Below are positions 1-10,600 of a stretch of DNA of 64,000 bases, piece by piece. Made by a program: the position numbers and the translations under genes. Source of the DNA: an uncultured Mycoplasmatota bacterium. GTDB lineage: Bacteria > Bacillota_I > Bacilli_A > RF39 > UBA660. Under the pieces are notes generated by a model that worked only from the letters and a program-made list of their open reading frames with translations, made no database searches and was not told where the DNA came from. The DNA lies in assembly GCA_900546715.1 (NCBI GenBank), contig UREA01000002.1, positions 20,050-84,049 on the forward strand. The letters run 5' to 3'. Each line of letters opens with the position of its first letter. The first letter of the stretch is position 1.

Positions 1-94
1 GCCATAAATTTAATTTCTAATTCATCTTTACTTTTAGTATTAAACTTATTATTTTTAATTAAAAAATAGTTTCAATGTACTAATGCATATAAAA

Positions 95-1111
95 CTATTT
101 TCTTTCTCTAGTTATTAAATCTGGATAATCTCTAGCAAGTACTTTTATATCTATATAATTATTGTCCATTGCATATTCAATATTCATTTTCTTATTACAA
201 GTAACAAAAGTTATTAATACACCATCACTATTTGCACAATTTAAATAATAATTATAAGAATTATCAGAATATATTAAATATGTTTCATCCTCACAATTAT
301 CAGAAAACTCAACTATATTATAAAATTTATAATCTATACCATATTCAATAACTTTTCTTAAATCCTCATCTGTAACATAATAATCAGTATTATTATTTAA
401 TGATGATACTCTTTTTCCATCTGCCCACAAACCAATTGTATCAACTAAATCATCATCACTATAAAGTTCAAGTTTATAAATATAATTATCAGCTAAAAAA
501 TCATTACCATATCTTTTGCTATTTACAACAACATCTAAAATTTCATCTATTACATCAATACTAGTTATTGTACCAAGTTCATAACCATCATATTTAACAA
601 TTATTTTATCAGTATTACTTATCTCATCAGAAATATCCTCTGGAAAAACTTGAGTGGCATCTTTTTTATCACTTATACAAGCCTTTTTTAATTCTTCAAA
701 ATCTATATCATTAAAATCATTATGAATATAAATTGAAATGCCTTCAGAAGATATGCTATATTCTTGATATTCATCATATTTAGAATAAAAATATTCTTCT
801 ACTTCTTTTATTTCATCAAAGCTGTATATTTTATCTTTCCAAACAATTAAAATATATAAATTATCAGAATTTTGACTAGCTCTATATCCTTTGTAATAAC
901 TAATTGATTCATCACTATCTTTAATATCACTTAAAGGTATTTCTTCTAAATCATCTTGTTCACTTAGAATATGAGCACCAAGTTGATTTTCTAAACAACT
1001 CACTAATTCTTCATTGTATTCCTCTTCTTGAATGTTGTTTTCTTCCTTATCACAACCAGTTACCCCTATAAGTGTAATACAAAGTAGTAAAAATAATAAA
1101 ATCTTTTTCAT
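95..1111 (-). CDS. putative lipoprotein, function unknown
   Basis: 338-aa ORF. N-terminal signal peptide ends in a lipobox (LIGVTG-C). GGAGGG Shine-Dalgarno lies upstream. Shares a duplicated promoter/5'UTR block with the next two genes. Confidence 0.6.
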   Translation of the reverse strand: MKKILLFLLLCITLIGVTGCDKEENNIQEEEYNEELVSCLENQLGAHILSEQDDLEEIPLSDIKDSDESISYYKGYRASQNSDNLYILIVWKDKIYSFDEIKEVEEYFYSKYDEYQEYSISSEGISIYIHNDFNDIDFEELKKACISDKKDATQVFPEDISDEISNTDKIIVKYDGYELGTITSIDVIDEILDVVVNSKRYGNDFLADNYIYKLELYSDDDLVDTIGLWADGKRVSSLNNNTDYYVTDEDLRKVIEYGIDYKFYNIVEFSDNCEDETYLIYSDNSYNYYLNCANSDGVLITFVTCNKKMNIEYAMDNNYIDIKVLARDYPDLITRERK

Positions 1112-1194
1112 TAACCCTCCATATAAAATATCTTTGTTAAGTTAATTATATCATTACTTAATTTGATAGTAAAGAAAAAAGAGAATACATCTCT

Positions 1195-2469
1195 TTAATA
1201 AGTTATAACATCAGATGCCTTATAACTGCAATCTACTAAATTTAATTTATTTAATGGTAAGACATGATAATCATAGCCGTACATCATAGCTTCTCCTAAA
1301 TCGTAGTCATCTAACTGTATTACTGCCCCATCAGCAGTTGTACTCGCATTACCAGAGCCATCAACACTTATTGAATTAGATGAGATACTTATATTTCCCC
1401 AACTACGATAAGCACCGTTAACATATATTTGATCTAATGTTATTTTATCTAGACCAACAACTTCCGCACCTTCAATTCCTGAAGTAGTGTATTGTATATT
1501 AAATTTATCTAAAAGAGCCATAAAATTTATAACTTTATCAAATTGTAATAACATCTCATTAAGAGAAATTGTATCTCTGCTTAATTCTTGATAAAAATCT
1601 TCTGTAATGTAACATGCTAAATCATTATTTTCAATACTACAAGTATAAATAGAACCATAAGCACTATCTGATTTATATACTTCTAATAATTCTTCATTAT
1701 AATTGAGTTTATTATCAGAATTACTAATACTGGTATTATCAATAACCTCATTCATTAATTCTTTTTCTTCTTCTTTATTAATATTTTGATAAGTACTATA
1801 TTCTATATTTGCCACTTTTTCTTCAATACTTGGATTAGCTGAAGATATTGTGACATTACTAGTATCAAAGCCACTATCTTTAGCTTGGTTATATAAAATA
1901 TCTATAGTTTCATTAATGTTCTTATTTTCTAAATCTAAATCATTAAAAGTAGTTATGCAATCTTCATTTAAACAAGATTTATTAATTACTTTATCTCCTT
2001 CTAATTCTAAAACTATTTTAGGATTTATTTCTACAAATACATAAGATATTTCATTTTCTTTTACAGTATTTATTTCTTCAATTAATTTATTAGTATTATA
2101 ATTACTTATTTTTATTTTAATTAAATTAAGCATTAACAACATAAATATTACTAGTAATATACCTAAAAATATAAAAATAAACATATTAATTTTTCTTTTA
2201 AATTCAATAGCATATACTAAATTGTTATTATCTATATCACTTGGATACAAATATTTAACTTTTTTACCTAATTTTTCTTTTAATTCCGTTATATTTTTAG
2301 CTTCATATGTTCTTTTTACTTTTCCTTTTTGATTTTTATTTTCTGTAACAAGTAAAACTTTATTATTTGAATTAATATAATCAGTAATATTATCATTTGT
2401 TACATAAATACACTTTTTCTTTTTCTTAATATTTTTAAAGTTTTCTAAATCTAGTTTAATTTCTTGCAT
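1195..2469 (-). CDS. hypothetical single-pass membrane protein
   Basis: 424-aa ORF with one strongly hydrophobic helix (MFIFIFLGILLVIFMLLMLNLI) after a ~95-aa Lys-rich N-terminus. GGAGGA SD. No recognisable catalytic motif. Confidence 0.55.
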   Translation of the reverse strand: MQEIKLDLENFKNIKKKKKCIYVTNDNITDYINSNNKVLLVTENKNQKGKVKRTYEAKNITELKEKLGKKVKYLYPSDIDNNNLVYAIEFKRKINMFIFIFLGILLVIFMLLMLNLIKIKISNYNTNKLIEEINTVKENEISYVFVEINPKIVLELEGDKVINKSCLNEDCITTFNDLDLENKNINETIDILYNQAKDSGFDTSNVTISSANPSIEEKVANIEYSTYQNINKEEEKELMNEVIDNTSISNSDNKLNYNEELLEVYKSDSAYGSIYTCSIENNDLACYITEDFYQELSRDTISLNEMLLQFDKVINFMALLDKFNIQYTTSGIEGAEVVGLDKITLDQIYVNGAYRSWGNISISSNSISVDGSGNASTTADGAVIQLDDYDLGEAMMYGYDYHVLPLNKLNLVDCSYKASDVITY

Positions 2470-2517
2470 AAATCCTCCATATAAATTATCTTTGTTAAGA
2501 TAATTATAACATTTGTA

Positions 2518-4169
2518 TTATTTAATATTCAATACTTTGTTAAATTCATCTTTCATAGCTGGTCTCTTTGTTAAATAAAGACAACTTATTTCTTCTATTA
2601 AATTAGTAACACTTTTATCAGAACCTTTTATTTTAGATATATGACTAATGTTATATGCAAGAGCACGATAATCACTTCGATCACTCACAAATTTTGCTTT
2701 ATTTAGACATTCATCAATATATATTTCGATTAATTCTTTATTATATTTCGGTTGTAAATAGTGATCATAGATTTTTATAACTTCCATTCCCTTATCTTTT
2801 ATAGCTAAAAATAAATCATCAAACATTTTTTCTTCTACATAAATATTATATATAATACTTCCGGCATTAGCTTTTTTCAATTTATCTATAATATTTAATT
2901 TTTCTTTATCCCAATCTTGTTTATCATATAATTTTTTTATTTTATTATAAGTTTCTAAATCATAAATTTGATATTGAAAAAACATTTTATATAATTGCTC
3001 TTTATAATCTTTTATCATATTATTATCATAATAAATATTCATCAAATATTCTTCTAAATCTCTAACCCGATAATCTTTAGCATCTTTTATAATCCTTTCT
3101 TTTAATAGCTTTATAGCTTCATCTACACAATGTTCATTTATTAATAAATCAATATATTTTAAAAATATAGATTTTTCTTTAGAATATTTTTTAATAAATC
3201 TTTAATATTATTTTGTTCTTTTTTTAATTTATAAATATCAATTAAATAATCAACATAATATTTTGCTTTATAATAATAATCTTTATCTATGTTTTCATCT
3301 AAAACTTCCAATAATGAATTTTCTATTTCATTTATAAATAGTTTATTTTCTACAAAATAAGAAACAAGACGATATAACTCAATTCCATAATTAGATAAAT
3401 CTTCAGTTTTAATTTCGGTAATTACAAATTCTAATATTTTATGTGTAAGTTCTTTATCTTTATTAGCATTATTATTTAAAATATCATAAATTACTTTTAT
3501 ACAATCATTAGCAACCTCACTAGTAGAACCATTGGAATCATCAATTTCCGTATCAGGAATTGATTCCAATATAACTGATACTATATCAAAAGCTAAATTA
3601 TAGTTCCCTTTTTGGGTAAGTTTTTCCGCTTCATTTGTAAATTCGTACATATTATGGGTATATTCCCATGCATTTTCGTAATCTATATAACCATATTTGC
3701 CTTCACAGTTTTTTATACTGTCATAAATTTTTATTCTATATTCTTCTTTAGTTAAAGGATTGAAATATTCAATAAATTCTACTCGAAATTTATCATATAA
3801 CTTTGGGTTTGCTGATACTTCATTAATTAAAAATTCTTTTAAAAGATTGATAGGTATTTCATTCACTATAGTAGATAAATCACTTTCAGTAGTGATTGTT
3901 TCTAAAGTGTTTTCATTACTTAAATAATATAATAATGCTGCGATATGTTTGCAGTTATAGCGTCCCTCGGAATACGGGCAACTACACCCACCGTGCAAAA
4001 ATTGGTTATTGACAATTTCAACATGCACACTGTATTTAGATGATCCATAAACAACTGCAGTTATTATATCTCCATCTTTTTTAACGTTTGTTACATTTCC
4101 CTTTGCATAAATGCTAAAGCCACGCATTAAAATAATAGATTCAAATTCTTTTTCAAAATCAATATTCAT
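2518..4169 (-). pseudogene. SWIM zinc-finger protein, split into two frames at an A6 run
   Basis: The N-terminal 336-aa ORF (3159..4169) carries a SWIM signature (C-S-C-P...C-K-H). The second frame is open from 3201 down to 2518 and overlaps the end of the first. The two frames can be joined by a 1-nt slip in the homopolymer at 3187-3192. Confidence 0.6.
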
Positions 4170-4220
4170 AATTACCTCATTTAATTAAGATAATTATATC
4201 ATTAATTAGTATTTATGCAA

Positions 4221-4325
4221 ACAAAAAGACCGGCCATTCGGCCGATCATCAGGGGGTTTTGGTTGATCTCTTCACATTGAGATTCGTAAGAGAGATCAGG
4301 TTATCAGCATGATGAAGTATCATGC
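4221..4325 (-). ncRNA. candidate small RNA (promoter-to-terminator unit, ~105 nt), family unknown
   Basis: Minus-strand TTGACA (4356-4361), 17-nt spacer, TAAGAT (4333-4338). Two hairpins follow (GCATGAT..ATCATGC and GATCTCTC..GAGAGATC), then an unpaired CAACCAAAACCCCC. A GC-rich stem CGGCC-GAAT-GGCCG plus U-run acts as terminator. The region is locally GC-rich in an AT-rich genome. Confidence 0.4.
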
Positions 4326-4375
4326 TAGTATAATCTTAATATTTTTTTTGTAGTTTGTCAATACAATTTTTTAAA

Positions 4376-6370
4376 TTAATCTAAAAAATTTATTTTTTCT
4401 AATTCTTTTTCGTAAAGCAAATTTCCCTTATATAGGGACTTTTTTAGGTAAATTCCCGAATCTTTTTTTGCTTGTAATAAAATTTTATAGTCTCTTTTGA
4501 AATCAGCAATTTTAAGTGTTTCTTCCCCGCTTTGTTTAACTCCAAATAAGTCTCCATGACCGCGTTGTTCAAAGTCTTTTTCACTTATATAAAAGCCATC
4601 ATTACTTTCTTCCATTACTTTTAACCTTGCATTATCACTTACATTAGTAACTAAATAGCAATAACTTTGAATATCACTTCTACCAACACGGCCCCGAAGT
4701 TGATGAAGAGTTGCTAAGCCAAATCTCTCAGCATTAAAAATAACCATCATTGATGCATTAGGAATATCAATACCTACTTCAATAACTGTAGTTGAAATTA
4801 ATATTCTTATTTCTCCCTTTTGAAATTTTAACATCAGTTCATCTTTTTCTTTTTGTTTTAACTTACCATGAAGTATTTCTATTTTGATTACATCACTATT
4901 AAAAGCTTTACTAAGTTTTTCTTTTAATTCATAAACACTATTTAAATTAATTTCATCATTTTGTTCAATTAAGGGAGATACTACAAATATTTGATGACCT
5001 AATTTTAATTCTTCATACATTTTAAGTAATACTTCTCTAATATTTTTTTCAAGCACTACCTTAGTTATAATTTCTTTTCTTAAATTTGGTTTAGTTTTAA
5101 TTTGCGATAAATCTAGATCACCATAAATAGTTAGAGCATAAGTTCTAGGAATTGGAGTTGCTGATAAATACAAAACATCCGCATTTTTTTTATAACCTTT
5201 ATTTTGCAGGGTATTTCTTTGATTTACCCCAAAACGATGTTGTTCATCTGTTATAACTAATCCTAAGTTTTTAAACTCTGCTCCCGCATTTAATAGAGCA
5301 TGAGTTCCAATTATTAAATCAATTTCTCCCTGTTCTAATCTTTCATATATTTTTTCTTTTTGCTTTTTAGTTAAACTACCAGTTAATAATTCTACTTTTA
5401 TATCATAATCACTAAAATAATTTTTCACTTGTTCATAGTGTTGTTTAGCAAGTATTTCTGTTGGAGCCATAAAAGCACTTTGGTATCCACTTAAAAAACA
5501 CGCATAAATAGCTGTTATAGCTACAATTGTTTTACCACTACCAACATCTCCTAAAACTAAACGATTCATTCTCTTATCACTTTTTAAATCATTTAAAATA
5601 TCACTTATTGTTGTTTCTTGATCTGTAGTTAATTTAAAACTTAAGTTACTTAAAAATTCATTTAACTCATCTTCTCTAAAATATTTCGGAGTGCCAAGAG
5701 CCTCTTTATTAATAGTACTTAAATAATTTATTTTAAACATATATAAAAATAATTCTTCATATATTAATTTTAATTCACTTTTTTTAATATCTTCAACACT
5801 ATTAGGTTGATGAATTAATCTTATAGCATCTTTTTTAGATAACAATTTATAATGGATATTAAACATTTCTGGGACATAATCTGGTATATCATAATCAAGT
5901 TTTAAAGCTTCTCCAATTAATTTTTCTAAAGTATTATTTTTAATCCCTTCAGTTAAGTGATATTTAACTTCTATTTTGTTATCTTCAACACTAAATTTTA
6001 TATCACTTGCTACAAAATTATTTTTTAATTTATTATATTTACCAATTAATACTACTTCTTTATTAATAGTTAAATTATTCTTTAAAAAAGCTCTATTAAA
6101 TATTGTTACTTTAAAGTTTATATTATTACTTGATGCAATAAAATCTAATTTATTAAAATTTCTCCTGATATAAAAAACTTTACAAGCACTCAAAATAGTG
6201 GCGGGTACAAAACACACTTCGCCATCAGTTACTTCATCAATATTTTTTAACTTAATAATATTATATCTATAGGGGTAAAATGTTAGTAAATCTTCTACAG
6301 TATAAATATTTAATTTATTAAGTAAATTTTCGGTTTTTGGTCCAATATTTTTAATTAAATTCAAATTCAT
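4376..6370 (-). CDS. recG: ATP-dependent DNA helicase RecG
   Basis: 664 aa. Walker A GDVGSGKT, DEQHRFG box and RGRVGR motif. An N-terminal wedge-like region precedes the helicase core. Confidence 0.9.
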   Translation of the reverse strand: MNLNLIKNIGPKTENLLNKLNIYTVEDLLTFYPYRYNIIKLKNIDEVTDGEVCFVPATILSACKVFYIRRNFNKLDFIASSNNINFKVTIFNRAFLKNNLTINKEVVLIGKYNKLKNNFVASDIKFSVEDNKIEVKYHLTEGIKNNTLEKLIGEALKLDYDIPDYVPEMFNIHYKLLSKKDAIRLIHQPNSVEDIKKSELKLIYEELFLYMFKINYLSTINKEALGTPKYFREDELNEFLSNLSFKLTTDQETTISDILNDLKSDKRMNRLVLGDVGSGKTIVAITAIYACFLSGYQSAFMAPTEILAKQHYEQVKNYFSDYDIKVELLTGSLTKKQKEKIYERLEQGEIDLIIGTHALLNAGAEFKNLGLVITDEQHRFGVNQRNTLQNKGYKKNADVLYLSATPIPRTYALTIYGDLDLSQIKTKPNLRKEIITKVVLEKNIREVLLKMYEELKLGHQIFVVSPLIEQNDEINLNSVYELKEKLSKAFNSDVIKIEILHGKLKQKEKDELMLKFQKGEIRILISTTVIEVGIDIPNASMMVIFNAERFGLATLHQLRGRVGRSDIQSYCYLVTNVSDNARLKVMEESNDGFYISEKDFEQRGHGDLFGVKQSGEETLKIADFKRDYKILLQAKKDSGIYLKKSLYKGNLLYEKELEKINFLD

Positions 6371-6448
6371 AATGTGCTCCTAAAAATATTATAACAAAAT
6401 TATCAAAAAAGTGTTGACAAACTTACAAAAATCGGTTAGGATATTAAT

Positions 6449-6544
6449 CACCAATTCACTTAAAGGCGAATTGGTGCTAGTATCACACTAGTCAACCCCT
6501 TTTTATTCTTTTGAAGCACTCGAATGAGTGCTTCGTATTTTTTT
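6449..6544 (+). ncRNA. candidate small RNA (~95 nt), family unknown
   Basis: Plus-strand TTGACA (6414-6419), 17 nt, TAGGAT (6437-6442). Perfect 9-bp hairpin CACCAATTC..GAATTGGTG and hairpin CTAGT..ACTAG, then unpaired CAACCCCUUUUU. Terminator GAAGCACTC-GAAT-GAGTGCTTC plus T-run (6513-6544). Divergent from the recG promoter. Confidence 0.4.
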
Positions 6545-6560
6545 GTGTAAAAATAACAAC

Positions 6561-7676
6561 TTATTGTAAGTTGTTATTTTCATTGTCAGTTTTATTACCA
6601 TGAGTATAATCTGCCGCAGCATTATTATTAGGATTATCAAAACTAAATTGTGGTGGATTAGGATTTTCTTTATCAACTGGAGATTTAGTTTCTTTAAATG
6701 TCTCAACCATTGCTAAACTCTCAACATCTTCAGTATTACCAACTGGAGTATTTAAAGAATCTACTAATTTTGCATCGATATTTAAAGTTTCTAAACTTTC
6801 AACGTTAGCATTATTGGTTTGATTGTTAGTAACATTTAAGTTTTCAACATTATTATTTATATTTTGATTGTTAATAACTTCCAAGTTATCAACATTATTA
6901 TTTGGTACATCAACAACATTACTAGTACCAGCAACGCTTTTAGGCATATGTTTAACATCAATTTTACCTTTTTTCTTGATTAGATTTGATGCTAAAAGCA
7001 AGAAAACTAAAGCAATAAATATACCGCCACCAATTAAGATGTAATTCCAAGGTATAGGGTTTAATTTAAAATCTAAAGTTATTTCATTTGTTTTAGTTAA
7101 ATCCCAAGTTAATGTTCTACCATCTTCTGATACACTAGTTGCATTGTGATTTTCTGGTTTATTTGGTAGTCTTACAACAAATAGCGCATCGATATAATCA
7201 CTATATTCGCTATTTTCTTCTGAACTATAATCACTTTCGCTATCTATATAAATCTTTAGAGAATATACACCACCGCTATAAGTAAATATTTTTAAATCTT
7301 CTGTAGTCAACATCTCTTGAAGATTTTGGTTAGCATCAACACTCACCAAGGAAGAAATATTACTAAAAGTTTTAGAAAAACTTAAACCTTTGTAAGTATC
7401 ATCACTATAATGTTCTTTAACATATCCGTAATCTACCGGATTGTCTTCAGATTCATTATACATTGTATCAATTGCTTCCCATCGTTGTTCATCAGTATAA
7501 CCAGTTGCTAAATCTATTTCATCAAGCATAACATTATCAATAAATTCATCATCAAAAGCTGCAATACCTGTAATTACAACTGTTTCATCATCATTAATTG
7601 TAATATTAAATTCTTCCTTTACTGCACAACCACTAGTTAAAAGTAAAACTATAATTAAACATATAAACTTCTTCAT
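6561..7676 (-). CDS. putative lipoprotein with C-terminal transmembrane helix and Asn-rich tail
   Basis: 371 aa. Lipobox LLTSG-C. A second hydrophobic helix (WNYILIGGGIFIALVFLLLASNLI) is followed by a low-complexity repeat tail (NVxNLxV / VESLxx). Confidence 0.6.
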   Translation of the reverse strand: MKKFICLIIVLLLTSGCAVKEEFNITINDDETVVITGIAAFDDEFIDNVMLDEIDLATGYTDEQRWEAIDTMYNESEDNPVDYGYVKEHYSDDTYKGLSFSKTFSNISSLVSVDANQNLQEMLTTEDLKIFTYSGGVYSLKIYIDSESDYSSEENSEYSDYIDALFVVRLPNKPENHNATSVSEDGRTLTWDLTKTNEITLDFKLNPIPWNYILIGGGIFIALVFLLLASNLIKKKGKIDVKHMPKSVAGTSNVVDVPNNNVDNLEVINNQNINNNVENLNVTNNQTNNANVESLETLNIDAKLVDSLNTPVGNTEDVESLAMVETFKETKSPVDKENPNPPQFSFDNPNNNAAADYTHGNKTDNENNNLQ

Positions 7677-7682
7677 TAACTC

Positions 7683-10600
7683 TTACTCCTTATTTAACAT
7701 TTTTTGATAATCTTCATATCTTTTTATAGCATTTTCTTTTTGTTCTGCTAATATTTCTTTGGCTAACTCTGGATTTTTTAGTTTTAGAGCATTAAATCTA
7801 ACTTCATTATCTAAAAATTCTTCATATTTATCAAAGTTTGGTTTAGCAGAATCAATTTTTAAACCATTATCATAACGCATTAAAATATTATATCCGCATT
7901 CAACACTTAATTTTTCTTCTAATATGCTTGTACCCATTCCTGTTTTAATACCTTGTTCAATACATGGTGAGTAAGCAATAATTATTGCTGGACCTTGATG
8001 TTCTTCTGCTTCCTTAAAGGCATTAATTGCTTGTTGCATATTAGCACCAAGTGAGATACTTGCAACATAACAATTTGGAACACATGTGGCAATCTTAAAT
8101 AAATCTTTTTTGCTAGTTCTCTTACCCATGTTAGCAAATTCCGCGATAGCTCCAAGTTTTGTTGCTTTACTTGCTTGACCACCAGTATTAGAATATACTT
8201 CGGTATCTAAAACCAAAACTTTAATATTTTCATTAGAATGAAGAACATGATCTAGTCCACCATAACCAATATCATAAGCCCAGCCATCACCACCAATTGC
8301 CCAAACACTGCGAGCAGGAATATAATCAAGTAAATCTACTAATTCTTTAGGAATAGTTTTATTCTTTAATTTTTCTTTTATTTCTAAAGTTTTTTCAAAA
8401 TCTTCTCTATTTTCTAACCAATCCTTAAATAATTCCTGTTCTCCCTTTTCTACAGAATCTATTGCTTCTTCCATAATGTGAGCAATTCGATCTCTTTTTT
8501 GTTTGTAAGAAGTATAAATACCTAAAGCAAATTCAGCATTATCTTCAAATAGGGAATTGGCCCATGGAATACTATATGGTGTTGATGGAGTTGAACCACC
8601 ATAAATACTTGAACAACCCGTAGCATTGGCAATAACTAATTTTTCTCCGAATAGTTGGGTTAATAATTTAATATAAGGAGTTTCCCCACAACCAGCACAA
8701 GCACCACTAAATTCAAATAATGGCCTTTCAAGTTGCGAGCCTTTAACTGTAAATTTATTTAATGGATTTTTAAACGGATAGAAATCTTCAAAATTCAATT
8801 TTTCTTTTTCAGTCTTTTCTTCCATTACTAAAGCTTTATTACCCATTTTACCAGGACAAACATTTGCACATACTCCACATCCTGTACAATCTTCTTCACT
8901 TATCAATATTTCATAATATAAGCCATCTTGTCCCATAAATGGAATCCCTTTTGCTTCATCAATAGTTGTAATACTACGAATAACCGCATGAGGACAAGAT
9001 AAAGCACACATTCCGCATTGGATACAATTTTCTTTATGCCAAACAGGAATGATATTAGAAATATTTCTTTTTTCATCTTTAGTTGAACCACCAGGAAATC
9101 TTCCATTTTCATAAGAAACAAGACTACTCACCGGAAGAGTATCACCAAGTCTTCTATTAATTAAATCGATTAAATTATCATCAACTATTTCAATACCAGT
9201 TGTAAAATCTCCATCTACTTCTAGACTTTCTAATTTATTTTCGGCATCACGCATAGCGTTAATATTATTATTTACAACATCTTCACCTTTTGATGCAAAA
9301 GCTTTTTCCACACTATTTTTTATATAATCAAAAGCATTTTCCACATCTAATAGTTTTAATATCAATAATTCCATGATTTTACTAATCTTACCAGGAATAT
9401 GATTTTTCATAGCTATATCTTCAGCATTAATAAAATAAACTTTTATATTTTTACTATTTATTGCATTCTTTACTTTATTTGGTAATAATTTTAATAGTTC
9501 ATCTTTATTTTTAATTGTATTAATAAGTAATGTTCCACCATTTTTTAAATTACTTATCACATCAAACATTTTAAAGTAAACATCTTTGGTAACAACTGTT
9601 ATTTCTGGATGAGTTACATAATATGGTTCATCAATTGGGGAATCGCCATATCTTAAATTAGATACTGTTACTCCTCCACTTTTCTTAGAATCATATTGAA
9701 AATATCCTTGAACATATTTATCAAGTGATTCATGAACTATTTTTAAAATATCTTTACTAGCACTAACCATACCATCAGAGCCAAAACCATAAATTTGAAT
9801 TTCTTTAAAATCATTATCAATAGTTATTGGGCAAGGTTTGATACTTAAATTAGTGACATCATCAGTTATACCAATTGTAAAGTTATGATGAGGATTTTCT
9901 GCAAGCATTCTAAATACTCCACAAATATCACTTGGAGTTGTGTTTTTACTTGATAAACCATATCTTCCACCATAAATTTCTATATCTTCATTCTTTAATA
10001 CACTACAAACATCTAAGTATAGAGGTTCACCAACAGAACCATTTTCTTTAGTTCTGTCAAGCACTGCAATCCTCTTGACACTTTTAGGTAGTACTTCCCT
10101 AAAATATTTAGCACTAAATGGACGATATAAATGAACTTCAATTAAACCAACATCCCCAAGTTTTTTTACTACTTCTTTAATAGTTGATGTTACACTACCC
10201 ATTGCAACAATTATATTTTCGGCATTTTCACTACCATAATAATTAAATGGTTTATAATCAGTATGCATTATTTCATTAATCTTAGTCATATAATCATTTA
10301 CAATATCAGGCATAGCATCATAATATTTATTTCTAGCTTCCATTGTTTGAAAATAAATATCTTCAGTTTCACTCATTCCATATTGATACTTCTTACCAAC
10401 ATTTAAACATCTATCTTTAAATTCATTTATTTTATCATAATCAACTAAAGAAAGGAGCTTTTCTTCAGGAATTTCTTCAACTGTATTTAGTTCATGACTA
10501 GTTCTAAAACCATCAAAGAAATGTAAGAAAGGTAGACTTCCTTTAATTGCTGAAAGGTGAGCTACTGCTGAGAGATTCTGAGCATCATTTACACTAGATG

